Part shown: in pieces, positions 18,124 through 28,634 of the stretch
Layout of the letters: the number at the start of each line of letters is the position of its first letter
Position numbering within the stretch: position 1 is the first letter of the stretch
NCBI GenBank assembly: GCA_963845565.1
Contig: CAWJSJ010000002.1
Location: 2,528,001 to 2,592,000, forward strand
Direction: 5' to 3'
Length of the DNA stretch: 64,000 bases
Source of the DNA: an uncultured Methylomirabilota bacterium
GTDB taxonomy: Bacteria; Methylomirabilota; Methylomirabilia; Methylomirabilales; 2-02-FULL-66-22
Position numbers and translations under genes: made by a program
Notes under the pieces: generated by a model
Seen by the model: only the letters and a program-made list of their open reading frames with translations
What the model was told of the DNA's origin: nothing
The model's database searches: none

Positions 18124-19902
18124 ATGGCTGCGCGGCCCAGAGCGATCGTCGTCGGGGGCGGCCTGGCCGGCCTGATGACGGTCATCAAGCTGGCGGAGGC
18201 CGGACTCTCCAGTCAGCTTTTCTCCTTCGTGCCGGTCAAGCGATCCCACTCGGTCTGCGCGCAAGGCGGGATCAACGCCTCCGTCAACACCAAAGGGGAA
18301 GGGGACAGTCCGCAGATCCATTTCTATGAGACGGTCAAGGGCGGGGACTTTCTGGCCAACCAGCCCCTGGCCAGGGGGATGTGCGAGGCGGCCCCCGGGA
18401 TCGTGTATCTCTTGGACCGGATGGGGGTGCCGTTCAATCGGACACCGGAGGGCCTGCTGGACTTCCGGGGGTTCGGCGGGACGCTGTACAGCCGGACGGC
18501 ATTCGCCGGGGCGACGACGGGCCAGCAGCTTCTGTACGCACTGGACGAACAGGTGCGGAAGTACGAGGCGGCGGGGCTGGTAGAGAAGTTCGAATTCTGG
18601 GAGTTTCTGGCGGCGATTCGGGACGAGGAAGGGCTCTGCCGGGGGATTGTGGGCCAGGACCTCCGCAGCATGGCGGTCCGCGCGTTTCCCGCCGATGCCG
18701 TCTGCCTCGCCACGGGCGGTCTGGGGATGATTTTCGGGAAGAGCACGAACTCGGTAGTCTGTACCGGTTCGGCAGCCTCGGCGGTCTACCAGCAAGGGGC
18801 GCTCTTCGCCAACGGCGAGTTCATCCAGGTGCACCCCACCGCCATTCCGGGCGAGGACAAGGTGCGGCTCATGAGCGAGTCGGCCCGGGCGGAGGGCGGC
18901 CGCGTCTGGGTTCCCAAGGACGGCACGCCGTGGTACTTCCTGGAAGAGAAGTATCCGAAATACAAGAATCTCGTCCCGCGTGATATTGCGACGCGCGAGA
19001 TCTTCGATGTGTGCCGGGTTCGCAAGATGGGGATCGACGGCCAGGACATGGTCTATCTGGACGTCAGCCACATCCCCAAAGAGACGCTGGATCGGAAGCT
19101 GGGCGGGATACTCGAGATCTATGAGAAGTTCATCGGCGACGATCCCCGGAAGGTCCCCATGCGGGTCTTCCCCGGGATGCATTACTCCATGGGCGGCCTG
19201 TGGATCGACTACGAGGCCGACCATCATGGCAACCCCGTGATGGGGAGCCCGCGGAACCAGCACACCAATATCCCCGGCCTCTTCGCCGCCGGCGAAGCGG
19301 AATACGAGTATCATGGCGCCAACCGCCTGGGGGCAAACTCGCTCCTGTCCTGCTGCTACGGGGGCATGCTGGCGGGGCCGGCCATGGCGGGCTACATCAA
19401 GGGGCTGGACCGGTCGGCGGAGGCGCTGCCCTCCTCGGTCTTCGAGACCGCGACGCGCCGGCAGGACGCGGCATACGCCCGCATCCGCGGTCTCCGCGGG
19501 TCGGAGAACCCCTACGTGATCCACCACGAGCTCGGCAAGATCATGACGGAGAATGTCACCGTGGTCCGGCACAACGACAAGCTCCAGGGCGCCGACCATG
19601 CCCTCCAGGGATTGATGGAGCGCTGGCACCGGATCGACGTCAACGACACATCGCGCTGGTCGAACCAGGCCGCCTCCTTCACGCGACAGCTCTGGAACAT
19701 GCTCGAGTTGGCGCGGGTCATCACGCTGGGGGCTCTGCAGCGGGACGAGAGCCGCGGCGCGCACTACAAGCCGGAGTTTCCGGACCGGAACGACGCCCAG
19801 TGGTTGAAGACGACCCTGGCCACCTGGACGTCGGACGGGCCGCGGTTCACGTACGCACCCGTGGACACGTCGCTGCTCACCCCCGAGGCGCGAAAGTACT
19901 GA
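18124..19902 (+). CDS. sdhA: Succinate dehydrogenase flavoprotein subunit
   Basis: RSHSVCAQGGIN, QVHPT, HYSMGG, HGANRLGANSL, ESRGAH. Confidence 0.96.
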   Translation: MAARPRAIVVGGGLAGLMTVIKLAEAGLSSQLFSFVPVKRSHSVCAQGGINASVNTKGEGDSPQIHFYETVKGGDFLANQPLARGMCEAAPGIVYLLDRMGVPFNRTPEGLLDFRGFGGTLYSRTAFAGATTGQQLLYALDEQVRKYEAAGLVEKFEFWEFLAAIRDEEGLCRGIVGQDLRSMAVRAFPADAVCLATGGLGMIFGKSTNSVVCTGSAASAVYQQGALFANGEFIQVHPTAIPGEDKVRLMSESARAEGGRVWVPKDGTPWYFLEEKYPKYKNLVPRDIATREIFDVCRVRKMGIDGQDMVYLDVSHIPKETLDRKLGGILEIYEKFIGDDPRKVPMRVFPGMHYSMGGLWIDYEADHHGNPVMGSPRNQHTNIPGLFAAGEAEYEYHGANRLGANSLLSCCYGGMLAGPAMAGYIKGLDRSAEALPSSVFETATRRQDAAYARIRGLRGSENPYVIHHELGKIMTENVTVVRHNDKLQGADHALQGLMERWHRIDVNDTSRWSNQAASFTRQLWNMLELARVITLGALQRDESRGAHYKPEFPDRNDAQWLKTTLATWTSDGPRFTYAPVDTSLLTPEARKY

Positions 19903-20651
19903 TGGACGGCAAGACGATCACGCTCAAGGTGAAGCGGCAGGATGGGCCGAGCGCACCCCCTCGTTGGGAGGAGTTTCGGATCCCGTCCAAGGCGAACATG
20001 AACGTCATCGGCGCCTTGATGGAGGTCCAGCGGAACCCGGTCACCGTGGACGGCGTCAAGACCACACCGCCGGTCTGGGAGGCGAGCTGTCTCGAGGAGG
20101 TCTGCGGCTCCTGTACCATGATCATCAACGGCAGGGTGCGCCAGGCCTGCAGTGCCCTCATCGACACGCTGGAGCAGCCCATCGTCCTGCAGCCCATGCG
20201 CAAATTCCCGCTGATCCGCGACCTGGCAGTGGACCGAACGCGCATGTTCGACGCCCTGCGGCGCGTGCGGGCATGGATTCACCTGGACGGGACCTACAAT
20301 CTGGGTCCGGGGCCGCGAGTCGACCCGGAGACCGGCGCAGTCGCGTACAGCCTGTCGAGGTGCATGACGTGCGGTTGCTGCTTGGAGGTGTGCCCGCAGG
20401 TCACGCTGACCTCGTCCTTCATCGGCGCGGCCGCCATCTCCCAGGTCCGGTTCTTCAACATGCACCCCACCGGAAAGATGCACGCGCGGGAGCGGCTCGA
20501 CTCCCTGATGGGCGAGGGTGGTCTGGCGGACTGCGGCAACGCGCAGAACTGCGTGCACGCGTGTCCCAAAGAGATCCCCCTCACGGAATCCATCGCGTCC
20601 GTGGGGCGGGACATGACGCGGCACATGCTGAAGCGGCTGCTGGGCGGATGA
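19902..20651 (+). CDS. sdhB: Succinate dehydrogenase iron-sulfur subunit
   Basis: CLEEVCGSC, CMTCGCCLEVCP, CGNAQNCVHACP. Confidence 0.96.
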   Translation: MDGKTITLKVKRQDGPSAPPRWEEFRIPSKANMNVIGALMEVQRNPVTVDGVKTTPPVWEASCLEEVCGSCTMIINGRVRQACSALIDTLEQPIVLQPMRKFPLIRDLAVDRTRMFDALRRVRAWIHLDGTYNLGPGPRVDPETGAVAYSLSRCMTCGCCLEVCPQVTLTSSFIGAAAISQVRFFNMHPTGKMHARERLDSLMGEGGLADCGNAQNCVHACPKEIPLTESIASVGRDMTRHMLKRLLGG

Positions 20652-20685
20652 GGGGTGCGCGCCCCACCACGAGAATGGAGCGAGC

Positions 20686-21849
20686 ATGAAAATCCATGAG
20701 TATCAGGCGAAAGCGATCCTGGCGGAGTTTGGCGTTCCGGTCCCCCGCGGGCGGGTGGCTACGACTCCCACCGAGGCCCGGGGCATTGCCCAAGAACTCG
20801 GCGGGCCGGTCGTCGTGAAGGCCCAGATCCACGCCGGTGGCCGCGGCAAGGGGGGCGGCGTGAGACCGGCGCAAACTCCCGACGCAGCGGAGCGGGTCGC
20901 CGCCCAGATCCTGGGGATGATGCTCCGGACGCATCAGACCGGCCCCGAGGGGCAGCGGGTGCGGCGTGTCCTGGTGGAAGAGGCGATGGCCATCCAGCAG
21001 GAGCTGTATCTCGGGATCGTGATCGATCGCGCTACGGGGCTGCCGGCCTGCATGGCGTCGGCGGCGGGCGGCATGGACATCGAGGAAGTCGCCCGGACCC
21101 GGCCCGATGCCATCAGCACGGTTCGCGTGGATCCGGCCACGGGACTCCGCCCCTTCCACGCGCGCACGCTGGCCTTTGCCTTGGGCCTCAGGGGCGAACC
21201 GGTCAAGGCGGCCGCGGCCGTCATCGCCAACCTCTACCGCGCCTTCGAGGTCAAGGACTGCTCGCTGGCCGAGATCAACCCCCTGGTGGTGACCGGCGAC
21301 GGGCGGATCCTGGCGTTGGACGCCAAGCTGACCTTCGACGACAACGCCCTGTTTCGCCATCCGGAGGTCCAGGCCCTCCGCGACCGGGACGAGGAGTCTC
21401 CGCTGGAGGTCGAAGCGTCCCAATACAGCTTGAACTATATCAAGCTGGACGGGACGGTCGGCTGCATGGTCAATGGGGCGGGCCTCGCCATGGCCACCAT
21501 GGACATCATCAAGCTTGCGGGCGGCGAGCCGGCCAACTTCCTGGATGTCGGCGGCGGGGCCAGCGCCGAGCAGATCGAGAACGCCTTCCGCATCCTCATC
21601 TCGGATCCGAGCGTCAAGGCGGTCCTCATCAACATCTTCGGCGGCATCTTGCGGTGCGACCGGCTGGCGGAAGGGGTCATCAGGGCGGTCCGATCCCTCG
21701 GGGTCACGCTGCCCATCGTGATCCGCATGGAAGGAACCAACGTGGAGCTTGGGCAGCAGATGCTCCGAGAGTCCGGTCTCAATTTCATCGCGGCGCAGGG
21801 CATGCAGGACGGCGCCCAGAAGGCGGTCCGGGCCGCGCGCGCGGTCTGA
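20686..21849 (+). CDS. sucC: Succinyl-CoA synthetase beta subunit
   Basis: [40 protein letters not shown]. Confidence 0.97.
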   Translation: MKIHEYQAKAILAEFGVPVPRGRVATTPTEARGIAQELGGPVVVKAQIHAGGRGKGGGVRPAQTPDAAERVAAQILGMMLRTHQTGPEGQRVRRVLVEEAMAIQQELYLGIVIDRATGLPACMASAAGGMDIEEVARTRPDAISTVRVDPATGLRPFHARTLAFALGLRGEPVKAAAAVIANLYRAFEVKDCSLAEINPLVVTGDGRILALDAKLTFDDNALFRHPEVQALRDRDEESPLEVEASQYSLNYIKLDGTVGCMVNGAGLAMATMDIIKLAGGEPANFLDVGGGASAEQIENAFRILISDPSVKAVLINIFGGILRCDRLAEGVIRAVRSLGVTLPIVIRMEGTNVELGQQMLRESGLNFIAAQGMQDGAQKAVRAARAV

Positions 21850-21878
21850 GCGGGCACCCCGCGGCAAGTGGAGGCGTT

Positions 21879-22922
21879 ATGAGCATTCTGGTGGATCAAG
21901 AAACGCGCCTGGTGGTTCAGGGGCTGACCGGCAAGGAGGGAACCTTCCACGCGCTGGCGTGTCGGGAGTACGGCACCAGGGTCGTGGCGGGCGTGACACC
22001 GGGCAAGGGAGGGATCCTCCACGAGGGGATCCCCGTCTTCGATATCGTGGCGCAGGCCGTGACGCAGGAGGGCGCCAACACGGCGCTGATCTTCGTGCCG
22101 CCCGCCGCGGCCGCCGACGCCATCCTGGAAGCGGCCGAGGCCGGGATCGGGGTGATCGTCTGCATCACCGAGGGCGTGCCCACGCTGGACATGGTGCGAG
22201 TCCACCGCGCCCTTGAGGGGCGCCCGTGCCGCCTGATCGGGCCCAACTGCCCGGGGTTGATCTCTCCCGGCAAGGCGAAGGTCGGGATCATGCCCGGCCG
22301 GATCCACCGGCCGGGGCGAGTGGGTGTGATCTCGCGGAGCGGCACGCTCACCTACGAGGCGGTGGGGCAGCTCACGGCGCGAGGCATCGGCCAGTCCACC
22401 TGCATCGGCATCGGCGGCGATCCGATCATCGGGACGACCTTCGTGGATGCCTTGAGGCTCTTCCAGGCCGATGCCGAAACGGATGCGATCCTGATGATCG
22501 GGGAGATCGGCGGCTCGGCGGAGGAGGACGCCGCGGCCTTTGTCGGCGCCCATCTGACCAAGCCCGTAGCGGGGTTCATCTGTGGGCAAACCGCCCCGCC
22601 GGGGCGGCGCATGGGCCACGCGGGGGCCATCATCTCGGGCGGGAGCGGGACGGCGGCGGCCAAGATGGCGGCCATGGAGAAGGCGGGCATCACGGTCGTG
22701 GCGAGCCCCGCCGAGATGGGGGCCGCGGTCGCCCGGGTGCTGGCGGCATCCCGCCCCGCCCGGTCCCGTCCGCGGCCCGCCGCGAAGCGGTCGGCGCACC
22801 AAGGCTCGGATGCGACACCGGCACGAAAGACCGGCACCTCCGGGGCGGCCACGCCCCGCCGGGCGTCTGCGGCGCGCACGCGCGGGACCGGCACGGCGTC
22901 GCGGAAAGCCGCGAAACGGTGA
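21879..22922 (+). CDS. sucD: Succinyl-CoA synthetase alpha subunit with basic C-terminal extension
   Basis: [37 protein letters not shown]. Confidence 0.97.
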   Translation: MSILVDQETRLVVQGLTGKEGTFHALACREYGTRVVAGVTPGKGGILHEGIPVFDIVAQAVTQEGANTALIFVPPAAAADAILEAAEAGIGVIVCITEGVPTLDMVRVHRALEGRPCRLIGPNCPGLISPGKAKVGIMPGRIHRPGRVGVISRSGTLTYEAVGQLTARGIGQSTCIGIGGDPIIGTTFVDALRLFQADAETDAILMIGEIGGSAEEDAAAFVGAHLTKPVAGFICGQTAPPGRRMGHAGAIISGGSGTAAAKMAAMEKAGITVVASPAEMGAAVARVLAASRPARSRPRPAAKRSAHQGSDATPARKTGTSGAATPRRASAARTRGTGTASRKAAKR

Positions 22923-23055
22923 CCGGGTCCGCAGGTTGCGGGGGTGACCCGAACTTGACACGGGGCGACCGGGAGGACGGCCGGTCGCCTGGTGATTTTT
23001 CTACGCGAGGGCCAGGCGGTGGTTTCGCGGTCCGACACGACAGCGAGGAGCGGAG

Positions 23056-23493
23056 ATGACGGAGCGAACGTTGGTGATGGTGAAGCCGGATGCGGTTCGC
23101 GGAGGGCACATCGGGGACGTGCTGAGCCGGTTCGAGGCGGCGGGCCTGACGGTGCGGGCGCTGAAGATGGTGTGGCTGGACCGGCGGGAAGCGGAGGGAT
23201 TCTACCAGGTCCATCGCGAACGGCCGTTCTTCGCGGGCCTCACGCAGTTCATGTCCTCCGGGCCGATCGTGGCCGTGGTCCTGGAGGGGCCGGGAGCGAT
23301 TGCGACGGCGCGGACGCTCATGGGAGCCACCGATCCGGCCAAGGCTGATCCGGGAACCATTCGCAAGGCGTTCGCCTCCAGCATCGAGCAGAACGCGGTC
23401 CACGGTTCGGACTCCCCGGAGTCCGCGGCCTATGAGATCCCGTATTTCTTCGGGGCGCTGGAGCAGCACGCCTACCCGCGGGGGAAGGGCTAG
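23056..23493 (+). CDS. ndk: Nucleoside diphosphate kinase
   Basis: [23 protein letters not shown]. Confidence 0.97.
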   Translation: MTERTLVMVKPDAVRGGHIGDVLSRFEAAGLTVRALKMVWLDRREAEGFYQVHRERPFFAGLTQFMSSGPIVAVVLEGPGAIATARTLMGATDPAKADPGTIRKAFASSIEQNAVHGSDSPESAAYEIPYFFGALEQHAYPRGKG

Positions 23494-23603
23494 GGCTTCG
23501 GCCCCGGAACGGGGGGTGTCGGCTTGAAGAAAGGTGGGCGCAACCCATTGTCATTCTTGGAGTTTCCGGGTTGTATGGCCTCGCCCAGAGCGGGGGTTTT
23601 TCC

Positions 23604-23632
23604 TTGACACCCCTGGGGGTCGTCAGTATACT
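23604..23632 (+). promoter_or_regulatory. sigma70 promoter of yceD-rpmF-plsX-fab operon
   Basis: TTGACA-N17-TATACT. Confidence 0.8.
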
Positions 23633-23667
23633 ACGCCCGCTTTTTGTCAGAGGTTACAGGTATTTCT

Positions 23668-24180
23668 ATGCTGATTGACGTGTCGCAGATCCCGCCTGAG
23701 GGGCTGGATGTTTCCCTGCCGGCGGAGCCGTTGGATTTGGGGGATTCCGCAGGGGTGTGGGAGGGGCCGGCGTCGGTTCGAGCCGATATGCATCTCGGTC
23801 GATCCGGACGCGGGATTGTCATTGGCGGGACGTTCGCCGGAGAGGTGGCGCTGGTCTGCAGCCGGTGCCTCGAGGCGTTTCGGTTCGAGGCGGAAGACCG
23901 GTTCGAGGTATATTGCGTTGCTGGCCTCCCGCCCAAACCGGGGGAGGAGCGGGAACTTGATCCGGACGAACTGGACGTGACCTATCTCGAGGAGGGCCGG
24001 TTCAACACGGATCATCTCTTGCGCGAGAATATCCTGCTCAGCCTGCCCGTTCAACCACTCTGCCGTGAGGACTGCCGGGGCCTGTGCCCGCAGTGCGGCG
24101 CGAACCAGAATCTCGGATCGTGCGGCTGCCAGGTTCCCCGCGTGGATCCGCGGCTGCAGGTCCTACGGAAGGTGCGGTAG
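23668..24180 (+). CDS. yceD: YceD/DUF177 family protein
   Basis: CSRCL, LCREDCRGLCPQCG.N..C.C, DPRL; position before rpmF. Confidence 0.9.
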   Translation: MLIDVSQIPPEGLDVSLPAEPLDLGDSAGVWEGPASVRADMHLGRSGRGIVIGGTFAGEVALVCSRCLEAFRFEAEDRFEVYCVAGLPPKPGEERELDPDELDVTYLEEGRFNTDHLLRENILLSLPVQPLCREDCRGLCPQCGANQNLGSCGCQVPRVDPRLQVLRKVR

Positions 24181-24242
24181 GCTCCGACCGCCGCACGCCG
24201 CGCGCTCTGTTCACCGAACGACGTTCCTAGCGAGGTCATGCG

Positions 24243-24425
24243 ATGCCACTTCCGAAGCGACGTCACAGCAATACCCGAACGGCCACGCGCCGGGCGCACG
24301 ACGCGATCAAGGCGGCGGGACTCTCCCGTTGCCCCCACTGCCAAGCGATGACGCTTCCCCATCGGGCGTGTCGAAGTTGCGGATATTACCGCGGGCGCCA
24401 GGTGGTGAAACAGGCCGAAGAGTAA
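24243..24425 (+). CDS. rpmF: 50S ribosomal protein L32
   Basis: MPLPKRRHS..RRAH, CPHC..PHRACRSCGYY. Confidence 0.95.
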   Translation: MPLPKRRHSNTRTATRRAHDAIKAAGLSRCPHCQAMTLPHRACRSCGYYRGRQVVKQAEE

Positions 24426-24445
24426 GCGTTCGCGGGCCGATACAC

Positions 24446-25456
24446 ATGCCGCCAGAACGCAAGATCCGGGTCGCCCTGGATGCCATGGGCGGGGATCGCG
24501 GACCCGAGGTCACCGTGGAGGGGGCCGTATCCGCCGCCCGCGAGCTGGGCTCGACGGTCATCCTGGTGGGGGATGAGCAGGTCCTCCGGACGCATCTGGC
24601 CCGCCACGAGGTGGGGGGGCTGGATCTGACCGTGCGACACGCGCCGGAGTCGGTCGACATGGGGGAGAGCCCCATGGCCGCACTCCGGAAGAAGAAGCAT
24701 TCCTCCATCCGCATCGGCCTGGATCTGGTGAAGCGGGGCGAGGCCGAGGCGTTCGTCAGCGCGGGGAACACCGGCGCGGTCATGGCGACCGCCGTGGTGG
24801 TGTTGGGACCGTTGCCCGGCGTGGAGCGTCCCGCCATTGCCGTGGTGGTGCCGACGCTCACCCACCAGGCGGTCCTGTTGGACGTCGGGGCCAACGTCGA
24901 CTGCAAGGCGCGGCACCTGCTGCAATTCGCCATCATGGGGAACGTCTACGCCCGGGACATCCTGGGGCAGACGCAGCCGCGGGTGGGGCTCCTCAGCATC
25001 GGCGAAGAGGAGATCAAGGGGAACGAGCTGACCCGCGAGGCGTTCAAGGAGATGGAGGACGAGTCCTCCCTGAACTTCATCGGGAACGTCGAGGGGCGCG
25101 ACGTCTTCAACGGCGCGGCCGACGTGATCGTCTGCGACGGGTTCACCGGTAATGTGGCGCTCAAGATCTCGGAAGGTCTGGTGGAGACCATGTTTCACCT
25201 CTTGCGGGAGGAACTGAAGAAGGATCTCCGCGGACGGGTGGGCTCCCTGCTGCTGATCCCCGCCTTCCGGCGATTCAAGCGCCGTATCGACTCCTCGGAG
25301 TTCGGTGGGGCCCCGCTCTTGGGGGTGAATGGGGTGTGCATGATCAGCCACGGCCGCTCCACGGGAAAAGCGATTCGGAACGCGATCCGGGCGGCCGAGG
25401 GGTGCGTGAGCAACACGGTGATCGCCCATATCCGCGAGGGCATCGCCCGTGGCTAG
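24446..25456 (+). CDS. plsX: Phosphate acyltransferase PlsX
   Basis: ALDAMGGD, SAGNTGA, LDVGAN, CDGFTGNVALK, HGRS. Confidence 0.96.
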   Translation: MPPERKIRVALDAMGGDRGPEVTVEGAVSAARELGSTVILVGDEQVLRTHLARHEVGGLDLTVRHAPESVDMGESPMAALRKKKHSSIRIGLDLVKRGEAEAFVSAGNTGAVMATAVVVLGPLPGVERPAIAVVVPTLTHQAVLLDVGANVDCKARHLLQFAIMGNVYARDILGQTQPRVGLLSIGEEEIKGNELTREAFKEMEDESSLNFIGNVEGRDVFNGAADVIVCDGFTGNVALKISEGLVETMFHLLREELKKDLRGRVGSLLLIPAFRRFKRRIDSSEFGGAPLLGVNGVCMISHGRSTGKAIRNAIRAAEGCVSNTVIAHIREGIARG

Positions 25457-25503
25457 GCCGACGCGAGGCGCCAGCCGTCCGCGTCACGAGGGATGACCAG
25501 TTG

Positions 25504-26487
25504 ATGCCGAGGGCGAGGATCATCGGAACGGGGGCGTATGTTCCCGAACGGGTGCTGACGAACGCCGATCTCGAGACGCTGGTGGACACCAGCGACGAAT
25601 GGATCGTGACGCGCACCGGAATCTCCGAACGGCACATCGCCTCGGATGAGCAGGCGACGTCGGATCTGTCCTATCACGCCAGCCGCGCCGCGCTGGAGGC
25701 GGCGAACCTCGATGTCGCCGACCTAGACCTGATTCTGGTGGCGACTGCCACGCCCGACATGGTCTTTCCTTCCACGGCCTGCGTGCTGCAGGACCGTTTG
25801 GGGGCACGAAGGGCCGGGGCGCTGGATATCTCAGCCGCCTGCTCGGGGTTCATCTACGGTTTGAGCATGGCCAACGGCCTGATCCGCTCGGGCGCCGCCC
25901 GCACCGTGCTCCTGCTAGGCGCCGAGACGTTGACGAAGGTGGTGAACTGGCAGGACCGGAACACCTGCGTCCTCTTCGGGGACGGGGCGGGCGCCGTGGT
26001 GCTCCGGGCCGACGACGGAGAACGAGGCGTGCTCTCCGTGCACCTCTACGCGGATGGGAGCAAGGCGCCGCTCCTGATTCTGCCGGGCGGCGGCTCGCGG
26101 CATCCGTTGTCCCAAGCGGTGCTGGACGCCGGCCTCAACAAGATCCAGATGAACAGCGGCAACGAAGTGTTCAAGCTGGCAGTGCGGGCCATGGAGGACG
26201 CGGCGCTGACGGCGCTGAAGCAGAACGGGTACGAGATCGGCGAGGTGGACTTCATCATCTCGCATCAAGCGAACCTGCGAATCATCAGCGCGTTGGGTCA
26301 GCGGCTCGGCCTCTCCAGCGACAAGGTCGTGGTGAACGTGGACAAGGTCGGCAACACCTCGGCAGCCTCCATCCCGCTGGCGCTGGACGAGGCGGTGCGC
26401 GACGGACGGATTCAGCCGGGGCACCTCGTGCTCCTGTGTGCGTTCGGGGGGGGACTTACCTGGGCGTCGTCCCTGATTCGATGGTGA
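25504..26487 (+). CDS. fabH: 3-oxoacyl-ACP synthase III
   Basis: AACSGF, FGDGAGA, HQAN, GNTSAASIP, FGGGLTW. Confidence 0.96.
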   Translation: MPRARIIGTGAYVPERVLTNADLETLVDTSDEWIVTRTGISERHIASDEQATSDLSYHASRAALEAANLDVADLDLILVATATPDMVFPSTACVLQDRLGARRAGALDISAACSGFIYGLSMANGLIRSGAARTVLLLGAETLTKVVNWQDRNTCVLFGDGAGAVVLRADDGERGVLSVHLYADGSKAPLLILPGGGSRHPLSQAVLDAGLNKIQMNSGNEVFKLAVRAMEDAALTALKQNGYEIGEVDFIISHQANLRIISALGQRLGLSSDKVVVNVDKVGNTSAASIPLALDEAVRDGRIQPGHLVLLCAFGGGLTWASSLIRW

Positions 26488-26494
26488 ACGCTCT

Positions 26495-27415
26495 ATGACG
26501 CGCATTGCGTTTGTGTTTCCGGGGCAGGGCTCGCAGGCGGTCGGCATGGGCCGAGAATTGGGCGAGGGCTCGCCGCGCTGGGCCGAGGCGAACGACGCGG
26601 TGGGCTTCGATCTCCGGCGGCTCGTCTTCGAGGGACCGGAGGCGGAACTGACGCTCACCACCAATACCCAGCCTGCCATCTTGGCTACCAGTATCGTGGC
26701 GTTGGACGCCTTGACCGCGGCCGGGGTGCGGTGCGACCTGGTGGCCGGCCATTCGCTGGGGGAGTATTCCGCGCTGGTCGCGGCGGGTGCGCTGGATTTC
26801 ACCGACGCCGTGCGAACGGTGCGGTCCCGCGGCCAGTTCATGCAAGAGGCCGTGCCCTCCGGTGAGGGGGCGATGGCGGCCATTCTCGGCCTGGATCGTG
26901 CGCTGGTGGCGCAGGCGTGCGACGAGGCTGCCGATGTTGGGCCGGTGCAGGTGGCCAACCTCAACGGACCGGGCCAGACAGTCATCGCCGGCGCTACGGG
27001 CGCCGTGAAGAAGGCGACGGACCTCGCGAAGGCGAAAGGGGCGCGGCGCGCGGTCCTCCTGCCGGTGAGCGCACCCTTCCATTCCGCCCTGCTCAAACCG
27101 GCGGCGACGCGGTTGGGGGAGGTGCTCGGGGGCATCCGGTTCCGAGATCTGACCGTGCCCCTGGTGACCAATGTGGACGCCGATCTGCTGACCGAAGGAG
27201 CCCGTGTGATGGACGCCCTCGTGCGCCAGGTGACCGCCCCAGTGCGCTGGGAAGAGGTGGTGCTCCGGCTGGCGCGGGACGGGGTGACGACGTGTGTGGA
27301 AGTGGGGCCGGGGAAGGTCCTGTCGGGGCTGATCCGCCGGATCGTTCCCCAGATCCAGGTCCTAAACGTGGAAGACCGCGCCTCGCTGCAGACGACCGTG
27401 GAGGCGTTGCGATGA
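26495..27415 (+). CDS. fabD: Malonyl-CoA:ACP transacylase
   Basis: FPGQGSQ, GHSLGEY, SAPFHS. Confidence 0.96.
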   Translation: MTRIAFVFPGQGSQAVGMGRELGEGSPRWAEANDAVGFDLRRLVFEGPEAELTLTTNTQPAILATSIVALDALTAAGVRCDLVAGHSLGEYSALVAAGALDFTDAVRTVRSRGQFMQEAVPSGEGAMAAILGLDRALVAQACDEAADVGPVQVANLNGPGQTVIAGATGAVKKATDLAKAKGARRAVLLPVSAPFHSALLKPAATRLGEVLGGIRFRDLTVPLVTNVDADLLTEGARVMDALVRQVTAPVRWEEVVLRLARDGVTTCVEVGPGKVLSGLIRRIVPQIQVLNVEDRASLQTTVEALR

Positions 27416-28158
27416 GGCTGCAGGGACGGGTCGCCTTGGTGACCGGGGGGTCCCGCGGCATCGGTGCGGCCGCGGCGCGGGCGCTGGCCGCGGCGGGGGC
27501 GGCGGTGGCGGTGTGCGCCCGAAACGGGGAGGCGGCGGCCGCAACGGCTGCCGCCATCGGGGCGGAGGGCGGGCAGGCGTTCGGGATGGCGGCGGACGTG
27601 AGCCGGGCCGCGGACGCCGAACGCGTGGTGGCCGCCTGCATCGAGCGGTTTGGGCGGCTGGATATCCTGGTGAACAACGCGGGGATCACGCGGGACGGCC
27701 TGGCCATGCGCATGAAGGACGCGGATTGGAGCGACGTCCTGGCCGTGAATCTCAATGGCCCGTTTTACTGCGCCCGGGCGGCGCTGCGCGCCATCCTCAA
27801 GCAAAAACAGAGCGGGCGGATCATCAACATCGGGTCGGTGGTGGGGAGCATGGGGAATGCCGGCCAGGCGAACTACGCGACATCCAAGGCAGGGCTCATC
27901 GGGCTCACCCGCTCCCTGGCGAAGGAGGTCGCCTCGCGCGGCGTCACGGTCAACCTGGTGGCCCCCGGCTTCATCGAGACCGATATGACGGTGAGCCTGC
28001 CCGAGGCCGCGAAAGAGGCGTACCGGGCCCAGATCCCGCTGGGCCGGTTCGGGACGGCCGCCGAGGTGGCGGCGGCGGTGGAATTTCTGGCCTCGGATGC
28101 GGCCGCATACATCACGGGCCAGGTCCTTCATATCAACGGCGGTATGTGGTCCTCGTAA
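27412..28158 (+). CDS. fabG: 3-oxoacyl-ACP reductase
   Basis: [34 protein letters not shown] overlap with fabD. Confidence 0.96.
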   Translation: MRLQGRVALVTGGSRGIGAAAARALAAAGAAVAVCARNGEAAAATAAAIGAEGGQAFGMAADVSRAADAERVVAACIERFGRLDILVNNAGITRDGLAMRMKDADWSDVLAVNLNGPFYCARAALRAILKQKQSGRIINIGSVVGSMGNAGQANYATSKAGLIGLTRSLAKEVASRGVTVNLVAPGFIETDMTVSLPEAAKEAYRAQIPLGRFGTAAEVAAAVEFLASDAAAYITGQVLHINGGMWSS

Positions 28159-28210
28159 TGGGTTTATCGACGACAGGGAATTGTGCATTTACCGGAAGAA
28201 GGAGGCCATC

Positions 28211-28453
28211 GTGAGCGCGAGCATCGAAGAGAAGGTCAAGAAGATCATCGTGGATCAGTTGGGCGTGGACGAGGCGGAGGTGACCCCCGAGGCGAAATTC
28301 ATCGACGACTTGGGTGCCGATTCCCTGGATACCGTCGAGTTGGTGATGGCGCTGGAGGAGGAGTTCGGCCTCGAGATTCCGGACGAGGACGCGGAGAAGA
28401 TCACCACCGTGAAGGACGCCACCGGCTACATCGTGGGTCACAAGAAGGATTAG
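28211..28453 (+). CDS. acpP: Acyl carrier protein
   Basis: [17 protein letters not shown] start with GGAGG RBS. Confidence 0.97.
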   Translation: MSASIEEKVKKIIVDQLGVDEAEVTPEAKFIDDLGADSLDTVELVMALEEEFGLEIPDEDAEKITTVKDATGYIVGHKKD

Positions 28454-28553
28454 GAGCCGGTACGAAATTACGTGTCCATATTTGTAATTTCGTTACGGCT
28501 CCTTCTGCCGTTTCTGCATTTCTCCGGTCGAGTTATTCTTTGATACCGGCTTA
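28451..28553 (+). repeat. Double-hairpin repeat family B, copy 1
   Basis: TAGGAGCCGGTACGAAAT..ATTTCGTTACGGCTCCTT..ATTCTTTGATACCGGCTTA; homologous to copies at 34469 and 36651. Confidence 0.85.
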
Positions 28554-28634
28554 GGGATCCGGTACGTGGTGTGGTAGGGACGGCTGCCAAGGGAGTATCG
28601 CCGCAGCGCGGCAGAAAGAGTCAGGGACGCGCAC

